DNA from: Bugula neritina
Lineage: Eukaryota > Animalia > Bryozoa
Assembly (NCBI GenBank): GCA_964035545.1
Contig: OZ037768.1
Span: 20,877,700-20,941,699 of the forward strand
Direction of reading: 5' to 3'
DNA: 64,000 nucleotides
Shown one piece after another: positions 37,501 to 51,200 of the stretch. Position 1 is the stretch's first letter. Each line of letters opens with the position of its first letter. A program made the position numbers and the translations under genes. Under the pieces are notes generated by a model, which worked only from the letters and a program-made list of their open reading frames with translations, searched no databases and was not told where the DNA came from.

Positions 37501-40500
37501 CTAATGTATCTTTTTAATATCCAGTCGCAGCTAGGCTGTGTTCTCACACATTGTTCTTAAAATATGAAGCAAAAGCCTGCGTCAGGGGCTAATCGAGGGT
37601 ATAAGGCTAAAGGTAGAAGATCACAAATTTAGTTCATGCAATTTTCCTCATCATTTTCCTCATGTAATATTAACTATTCCTTATTAACTATATTTTATAC
37701 AGCTTTACCTTTCAAGATAAAACAACTCCTTGTGCTTAATGTTTGGGTGCAGCCCTGTGCATAAGGGTTTCACATAACAGAGGTGCTACTCTGCACAATG
37801 TAGCATACATAATATATACATGTATAGCTTTGGGGTTTACCCAGTCCATACAGTTCTCCTGAGGTCAAGGTATCACAGTCTGCAGTTTAATATGACCCCC
37901 CCCCCCTCCTCTCATTAGTGGACTTGTATGGGAACTAAGCAGACCAAGTTTACTCGTAAAGGTTCATTGTGGCTCAGATCCTCAGACAAATTAATCTGTC
38001 AGTTTAACTTGGCTTGCAGCCTATTTTATATTGACTGAACAGTCAGTTTTTGCAATCATAAGAACTAATAATTTATACTTTATTTTTTGTTTTTCTTAAA
38101 GCATTTTAATGAGGTTAGGTATTGGCTGAATGACTATCGACCAATGGCCTGACATACATTGGCACTGCTCAGTTACTGAGTTACAATTCTGACCCTTTTG
38201 TACACTGAACTGTCTAAGGCTTCTTTTGGCAAGAGTTTACTTCTGGTGGTGGAGCCGTCAGGTGTTAGCTCCAGTGCAGTAGGTGATTAGGTGGTGTGAG
38301 TAGATGAGACAAGTGTCACGGATATTTCGTGGTCACATGACATAAATGCAGGTTCCCACCAGTTCTTGCATTGTATGAACCAACCACTTGGATGCTGAGC
38401 CCATAAACAAGTTTACCAGAATTTTATCTTTTCTGGAAAACATTATGTAATACAAAAGACTCTGCTAATCTCTGACTACTCATTTGTCTGCAGATTAAAA
38501 TAAATCTTTCATATTATCTTGGTACTCAGAAATAATTACAATAAGTTACATAACACATAATCCCTTTGGGGTGGATTCAGGCACTCTGTTTGTTTCACCT
38601 CGGTGATTTTGGACAAAACAACAAGTTTGTATTCTCATCTATTGCTACTTTAACCTAACGCTTAATTATCTAAATGGGGTCCATTTTTCATTTCACACAA
38701 ACTACAATAACAAACTAGCCCTTCCACTCCAAAATAAGTTGAAATAAAGAGACTAAGTTGTATTAATAAAATATTTTTGAGCCTGTATAAGCACGTAGAG
38801 CTAATTTAATTAGATGCATACCAATAGTGCACTATTTGTTATTAGTCCAGTGTGAGGTGATTAAATTATTAAGCAAGAAATATTAACCTTACTCTGGTGG
38901 GCCATGTGCCTCACACACACTACCACTGCTTGTCATAACCACTTCAAGTTTCTTCTCAACCACCTGCCATACTCCTTTCTACTTCTTGTATTACAGGTTC
39001 TAGCAGAGAAATCAAATATTGCAAACAGAAAGTTGTCCATAAATAGCTCTTACACATTCTGTTATGTCTGCGATGGCTAGTTTGAGCAATTTTACCTTTG
39101 TTCAAGTCAAAATATATTTACTAGATGAATAAAAAAGTACGGTTTAGACACCTTTTAAACATTTTTGGGGAAAAATTACACTGAGCTGTTGCTTTATTTT
39201 CACGCAGAGGAATGCCATTTTCGAGTGTCCAACCTTGGGCTGGAAATTCCTTGCTTCAGATTCGTCAAAGCTATGCTTAGAGAAATCGATACAGAACTCA
39301 AATAGGCACACATTTCCTAGGGATAATTTGTTAGACGAATTGGGATAGTCTAGACAAAGTAAACACATTTTCATTAATCAACTAATTTCTACGTATCAAA
39401 ATATAGCACATGGGGTTAAACACTGCAGAATGTGTGAGAGTTATTTATGTACAAACTTCTTTTAAAAACTCTAAAGTCTAAAACTTTGCAGATCTGCACA
39501 CGTATGATTGATGGCTGCTTTAATATCATCTAACAGCTAGTTGCATGACCACAAGAATGTAGCAGCAGTAGTATGTAGGGTGTGAAGCAGCATATCAATG
39601 GCAGTGCTGCCGAAATTGGCCAATAATATAATAATAGATGCAGTAGAAGACAGACATACCTTGAGGCACAAGTTTTCTTGATAAAATAATCGTGGGGTGC
39701 AATAGACTGGGGGGAGGGGTGAGCACATTGCCTTCCACTACGATGTTAAGTCAACAGTACAAGCTTAGTACATGTATGTTGCTACAACCTACATCGTTAG
39801 TACGCATAGATTACTGCATTGTTCTGTCCTTGTGGAGGTAAGAGAGATATAACCTGCGGTTTATGCTAATACCAACCCTGGTCTCTCTTCCCTGATCCTC
39901 GCCAATACACAGGTTTATAGTTGGGAGCTTAAAATATTTATTTTGATTGAGTTTCATAATCTCCCTCCAGCCACAGCCTGTCAAAGTGGCGAGAATGTAT
40001 GAGCATAAGTTGAGTGCACCTCAGGGCAGGGCAGTCTTCCTAGACTGAACACTCTTTAGCCTGCAAGGTGAGAAAAGAATGCAGTTTTAGCTTTCATCAG
40101 GATCTATATCTCACTTCACAGACTATCATGTGCAACTTGACCTGTTTTAGATAGCCTGTTGGTATTTAATTTTTACACAAGAGGAATCCAGCAAGAAAAT
40201 ATATTATTTTTTAATCATCAGTTAGACCTGATTTGTTTTGTAAAAAAGTCTGCCAGTCAGTAAAATTTATGAAGCTTCAGGTGACATAAGAGACAGTAGT
40301 AGAATAATTTGTAGAACTTTCGGATGACAAAAAGTGTGTACGTTTAGGCTCCATTTTCTTAAAAAGTCTGCTGATTTCATATAATCAATCATTCTGAAAT
40401 ATTACTCACTTAAATTATCACCTTTCTAGAAGTAAATCTAGGGTTTGTCCTGACCCAGCCAGACTCCTAATTATAATTTATGTAGAAAGTTGTAAGCTAA

Positions 40501-41878
40501 TGTAGCCTCTTTCTATATTAATGTGCAAAAAAATAAATTTATTGTGTATACTCAATTATATTTGATGTGCTCCACATGTGTGCATATTACCACCATTTCT
40601 TCTCGCTGTGACACCAGAAGAAAGTGTGACCAGGCAGGGAAAGGCTCTCATATTGAAATCCATATGTTCTTTGTTCTGTTTGTAGTCTATACTGTAACCA
40701 AGTTACCGGGCAGTGCCGGACCTACCAACCTATCCTCCAAAATACTCCTAGCTCCGAAGAGTCTGTCACAACTGGCTACCACCACCACGCCGTCTGCTAC
40801 AATGAGCAAGTCTGCTGAGGTGACAGCGAATCAAACCATCGCTCAGCTTATACACCCTCAACTCTGCACACTCAGTGATGGACAGATGATTCTAGCACCA
40901 GCCAATTCAGAGCCACCCAGCATGCCTCAGGCAGTCACTCCTAACACAGCCAACTTCTTCATAGCCTCCGCTCCCGGCAATGAATCTCAGCAGCTGCAGG
41001 CGGTGTCTGGACACCCCCAACCTTTAACAGTTAGTGCTGACTCTCTGTCTAGTTTTAGTTCTGTGGGCACAACTCCTGTAATGTTCAACCTCCAGTCTGG
41101 TAGGTTGGTGAATCAGCAGCAGCAGCCCCAGCTGGTGTACAGCAAGGGGTTGGGTAACACGGCACTCATCAGCGCTGTCGACCAGTCACAGCAGACTAAC
41201 CTGAACATTGCTCCTAAACAGCTGGTCCTCATTGCTGCCAGCACTTCCACGCCAACTCTCACTCAGCACACAGTCAAACCTCAGCAGAGACACGCAGCTC
41301 TACCTTCTGGTGTAACTCTGGTAGCAGCTCCACCCAGCCAACCACAGAATATACTCCAACTAGCCAGTACCACCACCTCAGGTACCTCCAGCAAGCTCAC
41401 ACCAGACGTCTCTTCAGCACCACCAGCAGCTGTCTCTACAACCGCTACTTCTGCCCCCACCATCATAGCTGGAATGCTGCCTACCACTGCTGCTGACGGC
41501 ACTGTGACATACGTACCCATACAGCTGACAGCATCTAAACCTAACATTACTAATGTGTTGCCCGCCCCTACCAGACAGCTCTACTCCACCACCACGACCT
41601 CTGCCGCTGTCTTGCCGACCTCCACCAACTCATCTACTCAGCTCACCATTCCGTTCTCAGCCACCAACACTGCTGGTGGACTAACGTTTGTCATCCCTCA
41701 GGCTACATCCAACACCGGTATGGGGGTCACCTCACTCCCCCGAACTATTCAGCTTGTGGCATCACCGCATTCTCAGCCTTCTCAGTTTGTTGCAGTCGCT
41801 CCAGCTCAGTCACCCTCTGTACAGTTGTCACACGCCTCTAGACCAGGGGAGACTACTACCACTACTACCAAGTCTTGA
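28188..41878 (+). CDS. MNT: Max-binding bHLH-Zip repressor MNT (~743 aa)
   Basis: Exons 28188-28263, 28975-29206, 29604-29645, 30491-30602, 31100-31191, 32303-32394, 34290-34412, 35325-35594, 40686-41878. N-terminal SID MSLETLLEAAEFLEW; bHLH RETHNKLEKNRRAHLRECFDQL..SNLSTLKSAIRVIE; NSTSTASE motif; long T/S/P/Q-rich tail. Extra small exons in the 5-kb last intron are not excluded. Confidence 0.93.
33860..34295 (+). repeat. 23/27-bp minisatellite (18 units) built from the MNT exon-7 acceptor
   Basis: Unit CTACCTGTAG|AATGTGTCACTA(T/A); the last unit is the real acceptor (tacttgtag|AATGTGGGG at 34289/34290); a 73-bp higher-order repeat appears in the 3' half. Confidence 0.97.
34868..34958 (-). 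mobile_element. Partial copy of the MITE at 61298-61463
   Basis: Reverse complement GAGGTGGGTGAAGTAATGGGGAATTTG..TTCTAGA..TTTTAACCCGCGCCACAAAC matches GAGGTAGGTGCAGTAATGGAGAAATTG..TTCTAGA..TTTTAACCCGCGCCTCAAAC. Confidence 0.65.
35771..35968. repeat. Repeat with direct GGTAAAAATGGCAC motifs and inverted copies (probable DNA-transposon derivative)
   Basis: Three GGT(A/G)AAAATGGC copies on the left; CCATTTTTACC and TCATTATTACC on the right. Confidence 0.5.
36815..36894. mobile_element. 80-bp hairpin MITE, family TAGAATGGTTCTATAAGCAGC, copy 2
   Basis: 30-bp arms TAGAATGGTTCTATAAGCAGCACCGAGTTG / CAACTCAGAGCTGCTTATAGAACCATTCTA (2 mismatches), 20-bp loop, TA ends. Confidence 0.8.
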
Positions 41879-43425
41879 GAGAGTCTCACTATTACTGCGG
41901 AGTATAACTGACTAACTGACGGTGACTGAGAACTCATCCTGAAACTGATTATAGTGATTCATTTGATCACTATTACAATTTATTACTCATGAGGCCATGG
42001 TAGTTGGTCCCAGGCCATGATAATCGGTCTCAGGCCAGGTAGTCCGGACAGGTGTGTTTGTGACAGACTAGGTGTTTAGTTGAGCGAACTCACTGAAAAC
42101 TTCAAAGCCTAACTGCGTTAGTCTAACTAGGAACTGGTCTGTAACTGATATTTCTATTTCTCGGTGCAAATAGGCCCGCTGACTTGGGCCATGTGTTGAG
42201 GCAGCAGTACCTTATCTATAACAATCGCCATAGGGCATGTAGCCCCATGATGAAGATGCATATAACTATGTAGCAATATGTATCAATACAGTATATATCA
42301 TGTGCTGTAACTAACATGTAGATACAAACTTTTATTACATAGCTTAGCCTCCTCACTTTGGTATTTTCTGTATTCAATCTCCTTGCTAAATTTCTTTTAT
42401 ATGCTTTAGATTATCTACATGTTTATTATATGCAATGAAACAGCGATATGTATTTTCATGCCCTTGTAATATACACTAATATTATATTATTGCTGGATAA
42501 TGTTTTACTTTTGTAGTAATTTAGTTGATGATTCTACCAAACAAAGTGCTTAATGTCTTTTACAATATATTTAAACAAAAAATATATTGAAAAGGGTAAT
42601 ATTTAAACTTTAGCTTTGCACTAAACAACATCTTTGCTTTCCTATAATGCAAGTATTATTTTCTGATTTACGTAACATCTTCACCGAGTTAGAGTTGATC
42701 AACCTCAAACCTTCCAATGATAGAAAAGGTGCTGAAAGACACAACCTTTAAAGCTTTTAGGTTTGGAGTTAAGACTGAGTAAGATGTAAGAAATCACTGA
42801 AGCTGGTCTTTACTGAAAGATGGCTATGTTATTCTACTATTATGTGTCAAGTTAGAACGATTTTGGCAGAATCTATAATATGAACAAAAGTACGCCCTTG
42901 GGAAACGGCTTTCGTATAAGGTTCAAGATTAAAGGAGCTTATTTTGAAAGCCAAAAAGTTGCTCTTTTGGATAAGATTAACTTGCGTGATAAGGTGCTTT
43001 TTATAAGTAAGTGTATGTTTACGTGTTTTATGTTTATACGTGCCTCAAATAACTCTAAAAGATATTTTTATTTATAAAAAAATATTTTTGCTCTTGAAAA
43101 GTTATTTTTATTCACAAAAATTTATTTTTATTTGGCAACAACTTGCCTTTATGCTGTCTGTATGCTTATATACATTGTGTAACAATTTGTATATATATTT
43201 TTGATATCATATTGCACTGAGAGAAACTATCTCTTGATCATAATGGCTTGAAAAAATATCAATTGGGCGGAGCATTTGAAAATTGTTTATGTCAACCAGT
43301 TTCCTGTTGATTGCCTCTTCTTAGCCCCATTAGCGGCAATATCTTTTACAGAATGATGTTTACGTAACGCTAATGACACAAGTTGACATTTCTCCTACCG
43401 GTTCCCATGCTAACAGATATTCCAT

Positions 43426-43473
43426 CCAATCACGTGGTAATCAGATTGAAATCTCCATCAGAAATCTATATAA
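43426..43473 (+). promoter_or_regulatory. Core promoter of myostatin-like A (CCAAT, E-box, TATA)
   Basis: CCAAT 43426, CACGTG 43431, TATATAA 43467, ATG 43546. Confidence 0.65.
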
Positions 43474-43545
43474 CTGTGCAAACCAAATAAAATTTTCATA
43501 AAACGGGTTCATTTTTGCACTAACTGCTCGGCGGCTTTGGTTGCA

Positions 43546-45160
43546 ATGTTTCGATCAAGTTTCATCGCCATGCACTGTATCCTGTGCGTGCTCTGTGATC
43601 CGTCAAGCAGCGTAACTAACCTTGAAACAAGTTCATTCAGCTATTTCCTGATTTCTTCCAACACGCCCTATAACCTCAACAGCAAAGGTCTGGAATCATC
43701 CAGTGAAAATCAAATGGCCGAACAGGATATACAATCCCCAGGGAGCAGTGGTCAAAACACTTTTAGTGAATACAGAAATGACGGTTTAATTAATCGAATA
43801 ACTGCATCCGAGCAGTTCCGTACTCTCAACTCAGGTACAGCTTCTCCTAAGCTAAGGGAACCCTCGATTTCAGCTAAGTCGGATCTGGTAGAAATGCATG
43901 AACGAGCAAAAACCATGAGGAGAAACGAAGTCAGGCAATCTATATTAGACAAGCTGCGTTTACTCGCTCCTCCTAACATAACTGCTCTTAAACAAAACAA
44001 TAAGTTAAAGGAATTGCCTCAGCACATGCTACGGCAGTTTGTTTTGGAGTCGGCTAGCTTGCAGGGCCCTCAATATCACGACAACTATCATGCTCGGGCT
44101 AACAAAGTCATCCAGTTCGCAGCTGCTTGTAAGTTATGTTTATATTTTTCATTTGCTGCTAAATGCTTAAATAATATTTAAAATAAATCATACAATATCT
44201 AGTACAACTGAGCAATATATATTTTGAGTTCTTAATTTTTTATGCTCTGCTTTAGTCCCTGAGGAAAAAAATCCGTCAAAGTTTCCAGTAGAATCCATAG
44301 CCTATTTTCCACTTTCACAAACTGTCAGTGAGAGGAATGTGAAGCGAGCCACCTTACTTCTGTACATTGCCACTCCAGAAGGCTATGAAGGGAAGAAAAT
44401 AAAGTTAACTGTTAGTGATGCTAAATATAGAAATGAGTCATTTATAAACCGAGCAGTGTTCCTCCAGTCTAGAGGTCATTGGGAGCGTTTAGATGTCAGT
44501 CAGATGGTGAGGTCATGGGCAGCGGATGAGGATAATAATTATGGCTTATATATCAGAGCTATGATTGGTCGAAAGAATCTAGCATATCTCAATGAAGACC
44601 CGTCAGAAGCTAGAAACATATCCACTAAGTCACAAAAAGTAAGTTAATATTTTTTATTCAATTACTTGCTCCTAAACATAATAGTGCTGCTCTTTTATAT
44701 TTTAGTATGAATTTCTATATTCTAAGTTTCTGCTGATATAAGTGGTTAATAAATTTTATATTTTTAGATCCCTCTTTTAAAACTCAAATTCAACAATCAA
44801 CCAATCCGTCATAAAAGAAACGTAGGAGATGATCAGGTGCTCTGTAATGCTAGTGAAAGTTCAAACAGCTGTTGTGTCTATAGTTTAGTCGTGGACTTTG
44901 CCGAATTAGGTGAAGACTACGACTTTATCATTCAACCAAGAAGATTCATAGCTAATTACTGCGCAGGTACATGTGGAACTTACCACACACCAAATGATTT
45001 ACACGAAAGACTCACCATGGGTTTAAATAGACCGGGTTACCAAAGGTGCTGTGCGCCGGCTTCCAAGACGTCTCTACAAGTCTTGCACTACGACGATAAT
45101 CAAACCATACGGGAAGAAGAGTTCCCTGAAATGACTGTAGAGAGATGTCAATGTGTATAA
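43546..45160 (+). CDS. Myostatin/GDF11-like TGF-beta ligand, paralogue A (452 aa)
   Basis: Exons 43546-44128, 44256-44638, 44768-45160 (three-exon, phase 1/0 layout as in MSTN). VRQSILDKLRLLAPPNIT, DNYHA, furin site RHKR, 9-Cys mature domain with CC..IIQPRRFIANYCAGTC..CCAP..MTVERCQC. Confidence 0.9.
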
Positions 45161-46364
45161 CTTGCGCTTTTTGCTTTTAAATTGTTAACTTCAATCACTG
45201 CTTATCTTTCATAAATATTGCATTTGTCATGTTTTATCTTTTTTAAGCTGTTTATAATAGGAATACTATTGTTTTCACTAGTGAATTGTTTTAATAAAGC
45301 TTTTATGTCTTCAAACATCTGTATATATTGCTTTTCTATTAGAAAACAATAACTTTTGGGCATTTTAATCTGATATTATTTATAGTAATACAATCAATAG
45401 TTTCAGGTTGCTGCATGATTACACACTATAGTTCCAGGTTATTGGTTACACGCACCTTTCTTCAGATTTGATGCATTAATTTAAATCATAGGAAACTTAT
45501 AAGATCTTTTCTAAAGTATATTAGTTCATATAAGTGATTTTTGTTGATAAAGGTGCTTTCGGCTGACAGTAAAAGCTCATCAATATTTTATAAACTAAGT
45601 AACAACTGGGAAAAATAATAACTATAAGAAAGTATATTGGAAGAAGCATAAGAAAAATTATTCAATTTATGATTTGTTTGTCACCAATTCTGTTTTATGA
45701 CAGCATGTTGGCTTGTCTACTAATCAATTTTATTACAAAAATGAGTCATGCCAAGTATTTTAAAAATAGCTTGCTATTTTCCTGTGTTTAATCAAAAAAA
45801 TTTTCAATAGTATGAGAAGTTGTCTGATCTTGGCATAAACGCAATCTCCTAACTCCAATATTGTAAACTATAATCAATGGAATTAGCTTGTTTCCTTATA
45901 GCACACTCCTAAAGTTACTCAAGCGTGTAGCAGATTTCAACTAAACTACGCTCATATAATATACTAGCTGTGCGTAGAAGATTCTTTAATAATGGTCTGA
46001 TGTCATCACAGTTTTAACTCAATTTCATGTGTTATGTATACATGGCGTTTCACATTAGATTTCTTGATGAAGTTTAGCAACTCTGAAATATTAACTTCTT
46101 TCTGAAACAGGACAACAGTTTAAATTAACTCAATTGATTTTTAATTTGAGCGCTGAGTAACATGGCTAAGTCCAGTGGTAATGCATAGCTACATGTAGAT
46201 AGAGCTTTCTTTACTACTAACAGGCAAATTGTTAGTGAGTATAGTTAATGAATTTACATTAAATAGTTTGTGTTGCATATAATTGTGCGTGAAAAATGCT
46301 CTTCACTGAATGGCCAATTTATCACTCTACATGAGCTAATAATTATTCAACAAGAACGTCCTGG

Positions 46365-46415
46365 CCAATCAAACAACAGCTGAGAGAAATCCCGCCTATC
46401 ACGTTTATTATAAAT
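46365..46415 (+). promoter_or_regulatory. Core promoter of myostatin-like B (CCAAT, E-box, GC box, TATA)
   Basis: CCAAT 46365, CAGCTG 46377, CCCGCC 46391, TATAAAT 46409, ATG 46478. Confidence 0.65.
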
Positions 46416-46477
46416 GTAGAAGCCTACTACAACTGCCATAAAAAGATTTTATTTTTGTATAACTGATATTTGCTTCC

Positions 46478-48259
46478 ATGATCAATATGATGATTTTAGA
46501 GTTATGTACAATTACTTACTGCATTTTGTGTGTGAGAATACCGTCTGTGGTATCGGGACCGCTAAGTAAGACTACTAACCTCGATACAAGTCCATCAAAG
46601 TACATGCTGTCATCTATCAACAGCTTATATAAGAACAAAGCTGGCGGCAGCAAGAGTGCGGAGCCAGAAAAGAAAAAAGTTCTTCCTTTAGAAGATTACG
46701 AAGATGACAGCAGTGAGTATGGAAGTGGAGATCTTGATCCGCTAGCAGCTATAACCAACAAAATACTTTCTCACAAACCGTTTTCTCCAAACGCGTCCGA
46801 TGACCAGGCCGACAATATCGATTTTCCACCTCTGCGGAGACTTGCAGCCCCAGAAGAACCGTCTAACGCGGCGTCTGCTCTGATAGGACTGAGTCTGATG
46901 GAGATGCACGAGAGAGCAAAAGTTATGAGGATAAGTGAAGTTAAACAGTCTATATTAAGCAAGTTAAGGTTGTTTGCTCCCCCTAATATCACGGCTCTGA
47001 AAATGAGCAACAAGTTGAAGAAGTATCCTGATCACATCGTGCCAAAGTTTGCTGAGGAATCATTGGATATTCAGCAAGACCAGGCGCCACAGTATGACGA
47101 TAACTATCACGCTAAAATCAGCACCACTATCCAGTTCGCAACTAGTTGTAAGTTTCAACTTTCTTATCATGTAATTTTAAGTTATTATTTTCAGTTTAAC
47201 AATTTAAATGTTAGTCTCTGGGACCTGGCTTTCTGTCGACTGATTGGCTGAATGTTTGTTATTGTTTTTTCTTTTAGTTCCAGTGGAAAAGGAGCCAACA
47301 AAGTTTCCAATAGAGTCCATTGCTTACTTTTCACTTCCGTTGATAGTCAGCGAAAAGAACGTGAAGCGTGCTGTCGTACTTGTTTACATTGCTACTCCTG
47401 AAGGCTATGAAGGGAGGAAAATAAAGCTAACTGTTAGTGACACTAAATATAGAAACAAGCCCTTCATTAATCGCACAGTCTTATTAAAGTCTAGAGGTCA
47501 TTGGGAACATGTAGATGTCAGTCACATGGTGAGGTCTTGGGCAGCAGACGAGGATAATAATTATGGCTTATATATCAGAGCTATGATTGGTCGAAAGAAT
47601 GTGGCATATCTGAATGAAGACCCGTTAGAAGCCGCTAGAGCAACTATACATATTAGTAAAGATATATCCAGCAGGCCTCAAAGGGTGAGTTGCTCAGGTT
47701 TTACTTCTTTACATATATTTCCTTGCTATTTACATTATAGCCAAGTGTCATTATGATTATATTTACTCATAAGATGTTTTTAAACTCAATTTCCTTCCTT
47801 TATACCTAACTACTTTTAGTTCAATACTCCTACGCATATTCTTAGTCTAATATCTATCTTTTGCAGACTCCTCTGATAAAAATTCTACTAAATGAACATC
47901 CGGGTCGTTATAAGAGGTCGTTTGACGACACAAATATAGCCTGTGATATCGAGGACAAGGAAAGCCGGTGCTGTCGGTACAAGTTCGTCATTGACTTCAG
48001 TGACATGGGTGAAGATTTTGATTTTATAATTCAGCCAAGACGATTTTTAGCAAACTATTGTGCAGGAACATGTCCAACTTACTACCTGCCAACAGACATG
48101 AACAGTAGACTATTGATGGGCTTACACACACCCAAGTTTAAAAGATGTTGTGCTCCTGCATTGAAAAAAGACCTTAGCATACTATATTATGATGACAATG
48201 GCGGCATGCTAATAGGAAAAATCTCAGATATGACCGTGGAAAGGTGCCAATGCTCATAA
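46478..48259 (+). CDS. Myostatin/GDF11-like TGF-beta ligand, paralogue B (~489 aa)
   Basis: Exons 46478-47147, 47278-47684, 47867-48259. Hydrophobic signal peptide, VKQSILSKLRLFAPPNIT, IQQD..DDNYHA, furin site RYKR, mature ESRCCRYKFVIDF..ANYCAGTC..CCAP..GKISDMTVERCQCS (close to GDF8 ESRCCRY..GKIPAMVVDRCGCS). Confidence 0.92.
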
Positions 48260-51200
48260 CTAGCTTTTGTCCAAAAAACAAACAATATTATAGTCATACT
48301 ATTTTTGCCAGTTTATAAAACTGGAAATGTTTTCTAAATTGTTATTTATTTACACATTTTTGTACATAGTTAATTTTGAAAGTGTAATGCTCAAGGTGGT
48401 GATGTGCACCAACATAGTCATAATTATGTATTGCAACGTAAAGCACTTAGAATGTAATACGTATTCCAACGTCGTATACATGTATTACAATGTAATATGT
48501 ATGGCATTGTATTATGTATTACAGCATCTTATGTATTACAGCGTATTATGTATTATAATACTATTTCTAGTCTTAATTGAGACAGATTCTCAAGTCAAAT
48601 TTGCTGCTGATAAAATCAGCTTTTTGGTCACATGACCTATTACTGATCACATGACCTGGTAAACGGCATGCTCCACCGATCTGCATATTGTTTTAGGATA
48701 ATTTTCTTATTTACTTTTCCTAACTTTAAACCTCTGAGTTTCTAAACTGTAACATTCTCTCTTCAGTTTCCATGTTGACTGTTTTTTTACGTCAACAGCT
48801 ATTTTGTAACTTGTACATACCTACAAACAGTAAATTACCACATAGTATTGTAAAATTTGTCCTCTACGTGTCCATTATACTATTGAAATTACTGTCACAT
48901 ATTATGTATTTTTATTATGTTATATAAAATGCATACTGGAATTAAACTTGAACACGAGTTCAACTCATTCAGTCTCATTCTTAGTTACCAGTTTATTAAA
49001 GTCTCATTTTAAGTACAAATACACCTTGCATCAGATTGCCGTCAGTCAAATCATTTCTTGTCGTTCCAAGTAGTATGATCAGTTTTACGCGTTGTGAACT
49101 CCTGTTTCAAGTAGCATTATGACTTTAGAGCCAAAAAATCATTGCAGCAAGCATCTCAAGAATGGGGAGTTTCCTAAATGTATTAAATATTTTATAGTGC
49201 AGCCTTGCTTTACTACATTATACAACAAATAAACCACATTGAGATCCATTATTAAATTAATTTTGCATACTGAGAAGTGTCATTTGATATGTTTTTAAAT
49301 CTTCTAGAAATTAATGAAGACTGCTACAAGTTTGTATGACATCATATTATCTAGCTTTTAACCTTGATGAACCCTGGAACATAAAATAAAATTGATCTCT
49401 TACAGCCCTCGAAATTCTCCCTGAAGCTTTGTTATACCATGCAGACCCTAACCTTGGCAATGGGTCATCACCATAAAACTCTTAACATTTGATGCTATCA
49501 GCCTGCTTCTTTCCTACTGAAAATATTCTTTATAAGCCCTGGCCTCGCTCTGTTGCAATATGATGCAGTCTAAAAGCATCTATCATATATTTCATCAGCC
49601 AATCAATATGCATTGTGTGAATTGACCCACAATGCCTGCTGAGCGTTGCTAATAAAATACTACGCTGTTTCACTACAGCAATTTTTACTATGAACAATCA
49701 ATCTAACAGTGATTTAATTCAAAAAACCTAGTTTCTAGAATATTCAATTATCATGCTCAACTCGTCACCAAAGCACTTAATTTGTTGATCCTCGTAAATG
49801 CATCTTTTCAGCCAATGAGCTTCTTCCCTACTAATGTTAGATTATTTACTTTCGTCATTTCTAATTAGTAATTAGTTTTCATGAATTATGTTGACACCAC
49901 TTATAATTGAGCTCTCAAGTTGTGTGTACCTGCTAGTTGCATAAGGCGCACACTTCAGATCCAGCTATTACTACTACACATGGCGCAGATGTGCCTGGAG
50001 ATGTAGTAAACAGCATAACCAGAGAGATTAGCATTGTTGTAGCTTTCTTGCAAACAAAAAGTCATCAGACAAAATCATCCTTTAAAGTATAATTATATAA
50101 TATATACAAATATTCTTTTTGAAAGGTAGTCAAAGTATGCTGAATGTTGCCAACACAGATATAGGTGTGTACTAGGCCTGTACTAAAACTTACTTAGGGA
50201 AGTTGTCTTCTCATCATTTAATTGCAAAAAACCGCAGTGTGGTAATTGACACCCATCCAGTTTGTATAGTGATAATTTATTCACATCTGCTATTTCAAGT
50301 TTGAGCTGGTTGATCCATGCAAAAGTTTACATAGCAGACGGGCAAACCGTCACCAGTGATTTATTACCAATAACTTTATATCAAAAATAATTTATGACGC
50401 CCAAAGTGAAATATTTGTAGCGAGGTTCGACTACAGGTAGATTTCTGCTGGGCTGTTATGTGCTTGTGTATAAATTAACATTTTTAGAATTGTTGTGAGT
50501 TTACTGATTAAGTTTATGAGGAGCAGAGGGCTCAGACTAGGGCGTCGAAAAGACTACCTAAAAATTAGCAATAGTGCAATGGGCCGCAGTATCAGCTTTC
50601 TCACTGCTGTAGCTTGCCAGAAGGTGAGGTGTATACAGAACAAACTTTCTGGGTTGTTTGAAGTTGTGTGTCTACATACATTTGAAGAAATGAGTAAAAA
50701 GCAGACGGTTTGAGAGAGCTGTGCTTACGCACCACTACATTATTATTAGTAGGAAACCAGGCTAAAAGTCAAAACTAGGCCAACAATTGGCAAATTCAGC
50801 TATCTTTATGTTCCTCAACCTATTTGTGAACATAGTCTCAATTGGTATAGGTTACAATACCTCAACTGAAAAGTTATAGTGATGTCAGAGATATGACATG
50901 AATGCTGAGCAGTACATTAAGAAAGTGGCAGGCTTTGCAGGTGCTCTTACTCCCCTTGTAGGAAGTAGGCAAGTTACTATATGCAGTAGCTGACATTCTT
51001 TAAGTTAATTTAGTTACCCTGGGCGTTTACTAATCATGGTCAATTGTAGCCTGTAGTGACCAATACTGATTAACATCTATTGTATGCTGGATATATGATT
51101 ATTCTATGCATGTATGTATATATGCTCTACGTTATTAAATGCTAGAGTGTTGTATTACTCCAGTGACCAATTCATGGGTCACAATCTCGGCTAGCCGTCG

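Noticed and set aside
35236-47013. Minus-strand ORFs at 35236, 41281, 43752 and 46771
   Set aside because: Antisense shadows of real plus-strand exons.
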